A stretch of 64,000 nt of DNA from Amoebophrya sp. A120. Lineage: Eukaryota; Protista; Dinoflagellata. This document shows, piece after piece, positions 24,866 to 38,100 of this stretch; position 1 is the first letter of the stretch, and each line of letters opens with the position of its first letter. A program made the translations under genes and the position numbers. The notes under the pieces are model-generated. The model saw nothing but the letters and a program-made list of their open reading frames with translations. It was not told where the DNA came from and searched no databases. The stretch is taken from NCBI GenBank assembly GCA_905178155.1, contig CAJINV010000003.1, positions 7,187,612 to 7,251,611 of the forward strand. Direction: 5' to 3'.

Positions 24866-27800
24866 TTACAGAAACAACGACTGGTTGCGGTTGGGGCCTA
24901 AAGTTTGGGAAATTCTAATTCGAATTGTTATTGTAAGCAAAGAAATAGAATTAAAATGTTTCAAGTGAGCCCCATTTAGTACCGTTTTTCTGTCGCAGAG
25001 AAGCGACGAGATTAGCAGGTGATAGAACTTGTCGGCCTTGGGGTAGTCGAGGAGGAAGTCTTCTAGATTGGCCACAAATGGCTCGAGACATCGGCACAAC
25101 TGTCTGATCTCTACACACGGCGAAGGGGGACTAAGCAGTCCCACCAGCAGGCAAGCCACCGACTCAGACTTTCGGAAGTCGGAGAACCCGGTCTCCAACA
25201 GATACTGTAAAGGAAGTCCCTGCTCCTCGTTGGACGTCGTGTCTTCCATGCAGCTCCGCCACGCCCCGACCGCGTCCTCTAGATTGCGATCCTCGCAGTA
25301 ATACCTGCAAATGGTCGCTTTCATTTTTAGATGGTACAGATACTAATTCATCGAGGAAGCTGCAAAAGGAGAAGTGGGCGATCGAGTGACGAGAAATACA
25401 AAGAAGTCGAGTTGTACGCTAGGATTTTCTTGGCTTCCTCGAGATGGTAACTGGTTTCTTCTGGGTCCTTGGAACCAATGAGAGAAAAGTTTTCGGGAAA
25501 GTAATCAGGCCGCCCTCCGGCGGCGACGATTTGCGCGTATGGGTTCTGGACTCCGGATTGTAGCAACTTCTGTTCCCGCTGTGCATCCTGCTCGAGCGCT
25601 ACTTTTGTCTTCACACCCGCCGCACCGCCTTTGCCGAGACTCACGATTCTTTCGAGCCACTTATTGTCCGCCAGGTCCAAGACGTCCTGAATGGCGAACT
25701 TGATGCGCTTCGAGTGCTGTTTACGCTATTCTACAAAAAAATAGAAGTACGCACATAAAAAAAGACCAGAAAAAAAAGAGACTTGTCGTGCTGTCCAGAA
25801 GGAAAATAAATAGACAATTTTTTTTCTTATTGGCGTGGTCCTTGTGAACATGCTAGTCCTCCGCCTCCGCAGCACATTCACATTCTCCATCTAACACGAC
25901 AGATATTTCGCTTTCTTGCGGAGGAGCATCACAGAGCTTTCTGTGGAAGAAAAAAACAAAAAAAGGACACGTGCTGCCATGATTATTTTCTTTGCTGGTA
26001 TGAGAATGAGTGTAGGCGTATTTTTCTGTAGAATATGCGAAGCAGCTCGCGCAATCGTGCCATGAATGTCGACAGGTACTCCTTGCCTGAGCTGCTCGCC
26101 TCCAGCGTCTTGCCCACGTTTTTCAGCAGCATGCAAACGCACTCGATGCTGAGTTCCCCGGGATCCCCGCGTACCGGGTAGATTAACTCTGAGACGACCG
26201 ACCGCACGATCCGTTGCGAAAGTAGCTTGCGCAGGAACAGCTGGCCAATGAACTTCATGTTCCCCAGCAGTCTTTCCTTTTTCTTTTGGTCATCCGACTT
26301 GCTGCTCGTCAACCCGCTCATGCCGTGCAGGATGGAGGTCCTCGTAGTTGTTGTACTACCTGAGGCTGGTGCCCCGGCGGCCGGTGGCCCGCCCTGTTGT
26401 ACGGTAAAAACTCGCTGCTGCTGTGATGAATCTGGAAGTTGTAGATGAGCTCCAGCACCCCCCATAGTTGCAGCTGCGCTCTGTAGTTCCGTGGTACTGG
26501 AGGCATTATCCCCGCGGCTCGAGGTTCGACTCGCAATGGAAATCGAGGAGGAACTAGCAACAAGAGCCGCCTTCTGTTGCTGTTCCTGGAACGCAGTGTG
26601 AAACTCTTGTTGCGCACGATTGAGGAGCGCTCTCGTGAAGGTAAAAGTAGAGCTTCCAGCACCCCCACTGGCGCCGCCAAAAGAACTGCTAGGTCCTGAC
26701 ACGACCGTGCCCATTGCGGTGGATGCGGGCGTGGAGACAACACTGCCTCCTCGACCAGCAACCGGGCTGTTCGCGCCCCCGCCCGTGCTTGTTCCTGCTG
26801 TGTCTTGCGGAAATTCCGGGTAACGAGTTATCCAGGAAAAAACACCCATCCCTATCCAATTTGTCATGCAAAACATGCACAAAATCCACTATTTGTCATG
26901 CAAAAAATGGAGGGGGATGGGTGTTTTTTCCTGGATACGAGTCCGTAGGACCATACACATGTCGGAGTACATCTCGCAGTAGGTTGGCTGTGACACGGCC
27001 TTGTCAAATACCTCTCGAGCAACGGTGTCGAGATCCGCTGCGCTCCTGATAGGAAGCGCGGCCATGGTCTCGCAAAGCTTCCTGTATTTGATAATCTGGC
27101 GAAGAATAAACATCACATACGTATAGATACTCATCCCCAGAAACCCAAAAGAGTCGAAGTTGATAGCAGTAGCACGCATGGTGTCTAGTTTCTATCATGT
27201 TCATGTGTCGACTGCCCGGCAGTCACTGCCGCACGTTTCTTGCCTACTATGCTTATCCTGCAAATAAGGACGAAGGCGAAGCCAGTACAAACTGTGGAGA
27301 TATGCTCGTGCGAGGACAGAAATCATCAAAATAAGGAGCAAGAGGAAGAGTACTTGAATCGCTCGGGTGCAAGCTTGTTCAACACAGCCGTGACCTGACG
27401 CTGAATTGAGTCGATGGGTTCCGTTCCGAGTACTGCGAGGCTTGATACCATCGAGGACGAGGGACGATTTATCGGGTGCGCTAAGAGGTGGTCTGCTCCG
27501 CTCGACGTAGAAGTCCCATCAGCCCTAATGAGACCACTCCTTACTCCTTTTTCGGCTTGCAGCGTGTAGCTCGTCATCTCAGGGAACGAACCGCGGCCGG
27601 ACGCCGGCGCGTTCAAATCCCCCATGCGATTGTTTTTGTGCGAAGTGTCTGCAGCTGCTGATCCGCTCGCGCCGCCGGAGCCAGTCGCTCCTCCCCCAGG
27701 GCCAACAAAACCGTTAGGGTGATAGACTCCACCACGTGAGGGCCAGACGGTAGACTTTTTAGCATAGATACCATGTGGGCGGGCCAGGTAGTCGCGGTTT

Positions 27801-30800
27801 AGAATTTGCTGGTGAAGAGTAAACCACATGTTATCCCGCTCCCGCTGGGAAAGGCGGAGACGGTTTTGAGACAGTAGGACGTCCCGGAAAGAAAGCAGTC
27901 CATCACGAGAATAGACAAAGCCTCTGGCCGCATAGTCGATCCGGTTCCTTGCGGCCGTCCGCACTTTGCTTGATGCGGTCCCTGTCCGCGTTTTGGCAGT
28001 AGAGGGCCCGATAATATTGCCCGTCTTCCGGGGGCCCTCGTTCAGGTAGTTGTTCTGGGTAGATATGGTTGATGTTGTAGCCGACGATAAAAGAGGCCCC
28101 CCATCGCCATCAACAACCGGATTCGACGCCACGACGTTTTGTATGAGAGCCTGAACCTCGGGCGCGCTTGCCTCAGGTAGATGGTGCGAAGTAGATGATG
28201 TCTTCGAAACACTGAGCATGCCGTGATTTTGATTTTTCGTCGTGCCGCTGCCGTCGTCGTGTTCGCATGACTTATTCTCCGTCCCCTTGTTGACCATTTT
28301 TGTTGATGTGTCGCTCTCTGCGCGGCGCTTCTTCTCGTGGCCGCGCAAATTCACTTCGCTTCCTCCGGGCTCTTCGCAAGAATCTGCTTGCCTTCCAGGC
28401 GAGCTGGCGGGGCTCTTATTTTCGTGCGAAGGTGATTGGAGGCCGAGGTCCGCGGAGTCGACATCGCTGCAAGCATCATGAAACGAGTCCGGATCTTCAT
28501 TCGGATTGTCGACATTTTCTTTTTCGCTTGCCACTTCTCCAGGTCGTAACCCATCTAGCGTACCCGACAGACTATGAAACGACGCCGCAGATCCCAGCAG
28601 CGCATTGTCCTCATCGTCAAAGTGGTCGTGGTGCACCTCCTCAATTTGAAGATCTCCGCCCCCGCTAAGCAGGCTGCGATCGGCTTCATCCGAGAAACGG
28701 CGATCATTGTGCAGCAGCAAAGGCAAGGGGGCAGAGACACTGCGATCGCGACCATCTTGAAATAAATCGGAGCCCTGTGGATGCATCGGAGTTGCGTTTC
28801 CGTGCTCAACGCGCCCGTGTGGAATGGAAGAAGTGGACTTCGGAACGCCAGTCGGCGTGGGGGCACTGGACGGCGATATGATTGATAATCCACCCTCCTG
28901 TGGGTCTCGTCGTAGCAGTTGTTCTTCTCCTGCTATTTCCAAATTGATCTTCAGCGTTTTGCTATTGCTGGTCCTGCTCGCGGTGTTGATGTCCTCACTT
29001 CTTTTTAGCATCGACGGTTCGTCACCGGGGACGAGAGTTGCTGAAGAAGACAAATGCGTAGTTGCACCATCTGGTGCGACAACATCTTTTGCGGCGGAAA
29101 GCGTCGATGCAGGAGGCTGGAGGGTCATCGTACTAGTATTCGCTTGTTCTCCAACCGCACTGCTCCTGTCTCCGAAAGAGGACTCGTCTCGGTATATTCT
29201 TTGAATATTGGGAGGGTACGCCGAGTCGACCAGCGAGTTTGCGACGTTTGGTCGAGGTGCAACCAGCGGTCCCCCGCGAAACGCTTGCACAAATGGATAG
29301 CGCTCTCGCTGCATCTCTTCTAGCGATTTGATCGGCAGCGCAGTGGCTACAGCGGCACTGGTTCCGCTGTCCTGTTTCTGGCCCTCTCCCGCCGGGTCTG
29401 CCTGCTTCCTCTGGCTCTGCGCTGCTCCCTTCACTGGAGATGAGGACTTGGACTGCGACTGGGCGGGTGGAGACACGGTTGTGGGCATTTTATTCTCCTG
29501 CTGGTGGACTACTTCTTCAGGTTTTTTGGCCACAGCAGAGGCCAACACAGCCGGTGCGGTTGGCGGCTCCATCTGGCCAACATGTAAACCCAGCGATTGC
29601 TGAGGTAGATGCCCGACGAGGAGCGCTGAGGTATCTGTCCCGCCGACGGCCGTTGGAAAGAGAGTGGCAGACGCGGTAGATTGCTTGCTTGTTGCGGTGT
29701 TGCTCCTACTGCTCGAGTGTTCTACAACCGGGGGCGCCATGGGTCTCAGGTCGCTAGCGCTACCCCAAGCAGGATCCAATGGAAGCGCTGCGGCCGAGTC
29801 GGCCGATGCCGTCCATTGATCGAGTTGGGCTTCTGACGCTCCTGGCATGTGTTGCTGTGCGAGGTAGGGGTGCGCTGCGGTGTAGGGGACGGGAAGGTGG
29901 TTATACTGTTTCTCCGAGGTGGACCGGGACGCCGAGGATATTCCCTAAAAATTTATCATCCCCATCCATTTTTCTTTGCATGACAAAGACAAGTGACGGA
30001 CTCTCCTTTATACATTTACATGGTTCGCATGGCTACAAATTGGATTGGGATGGTTCATTTCCAGGGAATAGAGGATTGCTGAAAGTCATATAATGAGTTC
30101 TGCAGCAGTGAGGATGCTGTCTCAACACCAGCAGAGGTACTAGCTGCACCAGACAGCTGCATGCCTGTCGTCGGGAAGAGGCCCCACGAGGACCTGGTTG
30201 GATCTGCAACGTTACCTGCCACTATTTCCATTTCAGTGGTGTTGTACAGCGGCTGCACGGGAAGTTCTGCTGCTCCTTTAGCAGCGCTTGTGCCTCTGCC
30301 ACTACCTCCGCTAGCAGTGCTTTTGTGACTGTGTTGCCGAAGTCCACCGGCAGTGAAAGTTTGGACCCGGCCTTCCTTCCTGCTCCCGCCCCCGCGGTAG
30401 CTGAAAGAGCTGCTGCTGCTGCTGCTGCCGGTCGTGGCTCCGATGGTAGTGCGACGCCACGCATCCCCATGCGGCTGGAAAGCCGAATCGAGCTTGTTGT
30501 CCTCCCGTGCAGGTGGACCGTTGCTGCCCGCGGCCGAAGCCGAACCATACAACTTATTATATGCGTCTTCGTCGCTTTCTTGAGTAGCCGCACCGGCAGG
30601 TGTGACCCGGCCACTGCCAGTTCGCGTTCGCGTGTGGAGAAAAACTTGCTCTTCGACGCTCCTCCTCGTGGCTGAAGAGGCTGCGCCGCGACCCGCCTGC
30701 TCACTCGTTTTCTTTCCACCTTTTTTCGCCCCGAGCGTGGGCCCTCCTGTTGGAGCGACGCCGACGCCTTGTTTTTGAGCAGCGCCACTACTTCCGGCGG

Positions 30801-33800
30801 CGGCGTCGGCTATTGGCGGCCTTCCGCGGGCGAAGGCATGCACCTCCCGAACGTTTTCTGTTGTGATCGTGGTGGTGATCTCTGCACTGTTCCGCTGCCA
30901 CAGCGGAACGTGTATCGGCTTCCCCGTGGAAGAAAGCCGCACCTTCTCAACGCCGCCGTCTCCCTCCTTCGCGGAAGGACGGGAAGACACTGGATTGTCG
31001 CCTTTGGTGCTGCTCTTCAATGCGGCACTTGCGTCCTCTCCCTGCTGCAGCGTGACGTTTGCAGAAGCAGGACCAGATGCATTTGTTTCTTGCACGACGA
31101 CACGCGAGTCGTGCTCTTTCTGAGCAGCTACAATACCAAACATGCCTCTACTCGATCTCAAGGCGCCATCGTCGTCGCTCGTTGCTGCACTAGCATTCCT
31201 CGACGACTGTTGCTTCATCTTTTTACCGCCTTTTTGCGAAGTTGCAGAATTGCCGTCTTTCCTGGTACTGGTGCTGCCATTCATTTTATTGTCTTGCCTT
31301 TCCGTGCCCCTGGACTGATGGATGGTCGACTTCGCTCCGCCTTTGAATGTAAATATTGCGTTGCCCTTTTTGGTGCTAGTTCCTGACGCGGATTCCAGCT
31401 CTTGCCACCCGACCTCGGACGGCGTGCGGTGCGGCGTGTGATCGTACGCTTCGTTGCCGTTCCACTTCCAGCGCAGCTCCTGCTGCTCCCCATGAATACC
31501 TTCGCTACGAGCCGCGGCGGCCGCACTGGTCATTGTTCCAAAATTTGCAGGAGCGGCATCAGGCCGCTGCAGCTGCTGTTTGTTACTGCTAGAGAAGCTT
31601 TTGCTTTTGCTGCTTGGCCTTTGCTTCCCTCCTCCCGCTCCGGGATGAGGATGAGCTTGGTCCTCGGGATGTCCGTCATTGTCGTGAACATTGTTCCGTT
31701 GCGAAGTCGTATCCCAAAAGTACCCCGCATGGGCCGAGAAAGACGCCGCTTCCTGCGCATCAGCATAATTGCCTTTCCGCTCTGCACCCCCCGTAAGAAC
31801 GGTCTGTGGACCCCTTGCTCGGTTGTCGGAGTAGTCCACAAACGGACCAGCATCGCCACCTCCAAGGTAAAAATGCCCGGTCTCGCTTTTATTTTTGCCA
31901 CTGGACGAGGCCCCCACCTTCTCTACGTAGTGACCTGGCGTCTGACGTTGGCTACTGGTGCTGGCGTACGCGGTGGAGGTGCGAGCTGCACCATCAGTGC
32001 TGTACTTGCTGCTGCCCTTGTTCACCGATCGATCTTTAAAAGCAACCGCGTTGTTGTGCTGCGCGCCCTGGACCTGATGCCGAGCTAGTACCGCTGCGCC
32101 GAGGTGCTGCAGCTGACCACCCGCGTGTTCCGTGCTAGACGCCTTGTAGTTGTGGTAGGCGGAGGCACCACTATGCATGTGATTATTCTGGTCTTGGTCT
32201 CGGTGCGCCGAGGCCGACGAGAGGCCGATATTGTTGTTCAGTGCAGTCGAGGAATTCTTGCTCGTGGAACTTACTGCGGAAGACACCTGCCTCCCCGGCG
32301 AGCGCCAGTAGGGATCCTGCTCGATAGCATTCCACGAAGAAAGATCCTTGTTGTTGTAAGCCCGCGAAATTCGATCGTCTGCTGGGGACGTCGAGGAAGA
32401 GGAATTAGTTCGCTCGTTCACATGCGAGTGCCATCCAGCATCCGCCCCGGATGCAGTGACCTGGTGTTGCATTTGCACAACTCCCGGCGCCGACGATCCC
32501 CCCTGCAGCTCTCCTGCTGGACCTGATGCGCTGTGTACACCCTTTCCATAGTACGCGTTGCTGCTCTGATACTTCGACGCGTCCGGGCTTTCGTCGATGT
32601 CGGGAGCATAGGCAGCGTAATTGTTCGATCTGTTCGTGTCGTGATGTGCAGTGCTGGTCTCGTACCCGTAGGGTCTGCTTCCGGGCGGAACATCAGTAGA
32701 TCGGTTGCCCCTAATCCCTTGCGAGCCTTTTAGTCTTTCCTTTCCCCCAGCAGTTGTAGTAGTTGCGGTTGAGGAATTGTATCCTGTTGCGGGACCAGCA
32801 GAAAAAGAAGGTTTATTCTTGGCGCCCTTTTGTGTGTAGTTTTTGCTGGTTATGGAGGACGCGTAAGCCCGGCTATCGTCAGCAGATTTGTCGTGCTGCC
32901 ACGACTGTCCCGCTTGCGGCCCCTTACTGTACTTAACGCCAACGTCGCTGTGGTCGTTGTAGTCATAAACTTCAGCACCAGTATCTCGTCCCGGTTGCGT
33001 GTAGTGCTGACCTGGTTGCGGTCCGGAACCATTGTTCTTGGCGAAGCCGCTCGCTGAAGCACCCACTGGCCCCGAAGGTCCCTGCTTGTTTCCGTAGTAC
33101 TGGTAGTGCTTGCCTGGTTTTTCGGAGCGCCCCCCGGCAGCCCTATCTCCCTCTGGATGAACGGTCGTCGATTGATAAGACCCGTAAAAGTCTTCGTGTG
33201 CAGAAGTGCTGGTTGTATTCAGTTTCACATTCACCTCCACAACCGACGACGAGGTCCTGTAGGTTGACGAAGACGAAGTAGCACCTCCCGCGTAGGAGGC
33301 TCCTGAGTATGGTCCTCCCGTCCCCGGGTGGTGTGGTATCAGAAAAAAAAAACCACCCTACCAAACTCGTCAAAAGGAGATTTGCGCTGCAGTATTTGTA
33401 TGTCTGTGTCTGACAATTTTCTATATACATGCAAGGACGAAGACGAACCAGGAGCGGAGCCATCTCACCATTTTTTTTGTACAATACCAAAACAGCTGCA
33501 AAAAAAAGCATATACAAAAGGGCAAGTGCACCCATGATCACGTACAAGCTGCAGCTGCGACAGAAAGCCGTGGCTCCGGCTCCGCCTTCTCGTAACACAA
33601 TCTTCTGGTGCTGACGTGTCGTGGCAACCTCAGGGCCAGATTCTACTGAATTGCAGCCTCTCTTTGATCAATCTGGAGAATTGTCCCTGATCATACGCTG
33701 GCTTTCGCTTTGCTGGTACCCATCTCGACCTCCTCGTCCTCCAACTGCTCGGTTATAAGTTGCGTGCTCGTGGTTTTGCGCGTGGCCAACTATCGCACCA

Positions 33801-33940
33801 TCGTGGTCAGGTTTTCGATACTTGCCCTTTTCTTGGTCACCCGGAACCGTTCCGTAATCCGTCTTTTCGTAGTTTTGTTTCCCCCCTCCACCTGTGTAGG
33901 TGGATATCGAGGGCGCGCTTCCTTTTTTGGTGCCCATCAT
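24866..33940 (-). CDS. eIF4G: Translation initiation factor eIF4G-like (MIF4G plus MA3-like), with ~2000-aa low-complexity N-terminus; ~2500 aa
   Basis: VTAVLNKLAPERF, VFDKAVSQPTYCEMYSDMC, FTRALLNRAQQEF, RLLGNMKFIGQLF, IECVCMLLKNVGKTLE and SKRIKFAIQDVLDL are typical of eIF4G MIF4G. Exons are joined by GT-AG introns (27082-27353, 25305-25417) and four introners. Start and 3' end approximate. Confidence 0.88.
25727..26035. mobile_element. Introner-like intron
   Basis: IR TATTCTACA.AAAA / TTTTCTGTAGAATA; flanks TACGC/TGCGA; removal gives ELLRKQHSKRIKF. Confidence 0.88.
26829..26937. mobile_element. Introner, family A (perfect 24-bp TIR)
   Basis: TATCCAGGAAAAAACACCCATCCC and its exact reverse complement; perfect direct repeat CGAGT; contains an in-frame stop; removal gives MVLRTRYPEF. 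Confidence 0.95.
29939..30070. mobile_element. Introner, family A
   Basis: IR TATTCCCT/AGGGAATA; perfect direct repeat GAGGA; removing 137 nt joins the 1061-aa and 840-aa ORFs in frame. Confidence 0.92.
33337..33695. mobile_element. Degenerate introner-like intron
   Basis: TATCAG...CTGATCATA termini; removal +5 joins ORF 33668-33976 to the frame of ORF 30055-33240. Confidence 0.6.
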
Positions 33941-35108
33941 GATGATCGTCTGAGTCGCTACTTTCTTCCCAAACAACTTCTCAAAGTATGTCGTGGGCGC
34001 AATAAGCTCCAGCTACTGGTGGCCCTCGCGGGCAAGCTCCAGTACGACTGCAATTACGGGCATGTTGTCCGCATGCTCCGTTCCCATCCCGTCATCTTCG
34101 CGTGCTGGAAGCCAGTTCCGCCCCTAGCCTAAAGCAGAAAGCGAAGTGAAAAACTACGGATCCGAGGTCTACGACACCTCAGGTTGCAGGGACCACGGTC
34201 GAACATAAAGCATGACGAAGACCATGAAGTTTCTATACCATAAGCATAATTATCTTACTGGAAGCGAAGTGGAAGATCTGCGGAAATAAAAGAAAACATT
34301 ATAAACACAAACAATAAATAGTCAGCACAGGCAGGCACGATTTTTACGCCAGCAGAAATTGCATCTTGCAGTTGGACTACTTCCGACCGTACATTAGCAT
34401 TTTGAGCCTGCTCCTTACAATCATCAGATCCCGAAAAAGATGATGCTCGTTGCAAAATACATTTTGATGACATAAAAGAGACTACACACGTGACTTTCAT
34501 CCTAGAGGATCGACAAACATTCAGAATCCATTCTGCCTGTGTTTCCGCCCTACGTGTGACGCGACAGCCAAATAGAGCAAGAATGAACATATATTACGAG
34601 AGAAAGCGAGGATATTCTGTGGGTCCTGTTGAGAGGTATTGACGAACAAGAATTTTTAGTCTGCAAGAAGCAAATACGAAGGGCGCCAAGCGACCTCGTT
34701 GAAAACAGATTAACTTTCACGAGGAAAGCACAAACTTCACATCAAAGCTGCTCTCTCATTCTCTCACACTCAGGTCACTGTCAGGTCGTAATCATGCAGC
34801 CGGTGCCGTTCATACTGCAACTTGTCTTGGTACGATTCCAAACCGCTACTATCGAGGATGTACGTTTCATCTTGATATAAGCCCCTGAGCTGTTCACGTA
34901 GACAGTAAACATCTACAAGCCAAAGGTAAAAATGGGCGCGCTATCATTATCAATGTAGGACTTGGAAATGGAATGAGTTTTAGTCTTATACTCTTTTCAT
35001 CCGTAGTGCACTATCACTACACGGCATGACTATTATACTCGTACTTCGTGTGTCTTCATTCATGGCGTTCGGAGACATAAAATGAAGAGCGTATCTACTT
35101 TTATACAT

Positions 35109-38100
35109 TCATGTGTAACGCTCTATGTCGGCGCGGCACATTTCTTCGAACGCAGTAGTCTCGCCCGTCTCGGTTACGGTTGTAGGGTCTGCGGCCCGAC
35201 GCAAGACGTGCTCCCGGTGATGCGTCCCTGGGAATTCCACACTTAATCCTTCCCCCGAAGGAGCGTAGGTCAGGTAGGAAGAATACTTTTTAAGCAGCAG
35301 CCACACATAACACCTCGAAAAAAGTGCGTATCGCTCCATGTACCGGTTCGCGTTTGAGATGAGTTGCGAGATAGCCTCGGCATCCAGTTCCCGCGCAAAC
35401 TCCACCTGGTCGCTCATTGCCTCGAGCGTGATAGGTAGGAGGTGCTCGTAGTAGGTTAGACCTAGATGATAATGCTCGTACACTGGCCGGCCGCGATTAC
35501 CGATCTCAGTCGCCAGTAAAACCAAACTTTTTCCGGTCAGCTTCTGCTTTAGCCCGCCACTGTACCCGTTTCCGGGTAAATCCAACGCGTATGCCCATCG
35601 ATCCTGGTGAAGCAATGCAATATTAATGAGCAAGTAGACGTGGTTCTCAGAGTTGATGTGGTTGGTTCATGAATTATCGTCCTGCAGCTACTTGAGCGAT
35701 TGCTTATTTTTTTTTCTCACGGTCCACGACGCCTCGTTTCTTCTTATCTCGTCTGCAAAAACTAAAAGAAACTATAACCAGTATACCTGCTGCTCGTCTA
35801 GCGGTACGAAATTCGGATCACTGTTGACTACAGTGACGTTTGAGAGGTCGTCCTCCAAAAAGGCTACGTCGAACAGGTCTGGTCGTTTTTCCGCCTGGCG
35901 GAGAAATTCACGACGGAATGTATCCTGTGCAAAAGCACTCGTATAAATTTTTGCAGTCATCCATGACATCAAATACCGTTCGCATTACCGACCTGAGATA
36001 TCATTATTCATATACAAACCCCAACTCTCTTTTTACGAATAAAATTATTTGTGATGCTATTTATACCTAGTAGTGCGATACTTTTGCATGATTGCATAGG
36101 GTGAACCTCGCTGCAACATTTCGCGATAATCGTGGGACCAGTTCACTGCCCCTCGATCCGTGCCTCTCCAGAAGGCTTTTTTGATCTTTGACGATGGTAC
36201 TTCCTCCTCTCCAACACGCAGCAGGGCGGTAGTAGTTGGTGCCGCTTCTACTGCCTCCATCTGCCTCTCCCGCTTTTTCAGGAGAACGACCTCAGTCAGG
36301 TTTACCAGCTGTGGTCGGCAGACATTGGGGAAAAGGATATCAAAAAACTCTTGATTGCTTGCGATGGAGAAGAGGGGAAGCGGAGCGCGGGCCTCCTGAT
36401 CCAGCAGATTATAGAAGGGCGGTGTGCCCTCGTTCTTCCTCAAAATCGGCATGTCTCCGTGATTCAGCACCAGGTCAAACGAGGAAATACTCGGACTCTG
36501 CTGCAAAATTTCTACCAAAAAGTCAGCCAGGCAAGATGGTTCGATAGCATCCGGCGGCTCTTCGCCCTGCGGTACAGGCTGCTCGCCTTTGCCTACTTTT
36601 TCGAACGCGGGTTTAGGCGCGGTCTGGTTCAAATGCGAGAAATCGGGAAGAATTTGGAGCAGCTTCGAATCTTCCCGAATGTACCGAAATAGCAGATTTT
36701 TTGCGTCTGTAATCTGGTTCAGGGCTGCGTGCACTTTTTTCTGCGTGACTCCGAAGGCGCGCCAACGTGCGAGGTCAGGCGCAATCGCGGCGTACGGGTC
36801 GCAAAGGGGCTCGCTCGTATTTCCCTTGGCTTTTTTCCGAGTCGCAAACCCTACAACGCACGCCCGTGGGTCGCTTTCCTGTCTCGTCGCGGCCCCAGGG
36901 GGCATCATGTGACGAGTGTTGCTTATGAAAGAAAATAAATGAATTGCGAACCTTGTGGTCATCATGGCATCGAGCTACAACGTCACCCGTCACCAGGTTA
37001 GGACGGGGGAGTCAGCACGACTGTACATGCGTTTGGGTTTGTGATTTTCTCTGGCCAAGACCCACTGATGTGCAGGACTCGACTTCTAGTTCCACATGAC
37101 CCTGGTCATGCCATGGATCATGTGGTCCTCATTATATGACTTCATTTGCACCTGCTAGTTAATCATGCCACTTGTTACCACGACATGACGGAGACCGAGA
37201 AGAAGTTGTTGCATCTCAAGAAGACAAGATGAGCAGCAGTAAGCAAGAAGTAGGAGAAATCTAACTCGTATAATCGACACTCGTGGAACTTGGCGCAGCT
37301 TCTGTTGTGGGCTGGCGTGATGCACCCGAAGTCGTGTCTGCGGCTGGTATTACGGAAGAAGAGCGAGGAGACTCGTCTACTGTCTGCTCATGCTCGTCCT
37401 CGTCGTAGTAAAAGTAACCACCGTCGATGAGGAAAGCCTCAAAGGCGCTGGCTGTCTCGTCCAGAAGAGCTAGGAGTGGATGCTGCTTGTCCTGGAGCAG
37501 GTCTGCGACTGAGAGCTCTTCCACAATTTGCTGAGCACGCCGCAGCAATCCGTCCGTGTCGGAATTGTAAATCGGAATGCGGGACCAGGCCAACGCGACA
37601 AAGGCCGCTGCGAAGTATGCAACGATATAGCAGACGCTTTGCATTTCGATTCCGATGCTGACACATGCACGACGAGGATGAACGTAGTAGAAGTAGCACG
37701 CAGTAGCAGGCATCAAGTACTCCAGCAGCAGGACCACATGAGTATCTACAAGCCGCGTGAAGACCCATTTCCGTCAAATTTTTGCTACTCAATCGTGACA
37801 GTCAGTCGTGCTGTTTCGCTGCTCCTCTTGAAACGATTTTTGCGTTCCGTATTATATCTGCATTTCATACTAACGTGCACGGGTTCTGTTTCTCGGGCTG
37901 GGCAAGATAGGCAGCGGTTTCTGGCACCAGTCCGTCCCCGAACCTTTGTCGATGTTTGACCACGTACTCGAACAAGAAACTGCGATAATATGCACCCGAC
38001 GGATCTGATTCCGGAATGCCACACGTAATGCGCTCCTCCGACGACCGAGTCCAAGACGCGTCTTGTTCGCCCCCTACCTTGCCGGTCGTGCTGTCGCTCG

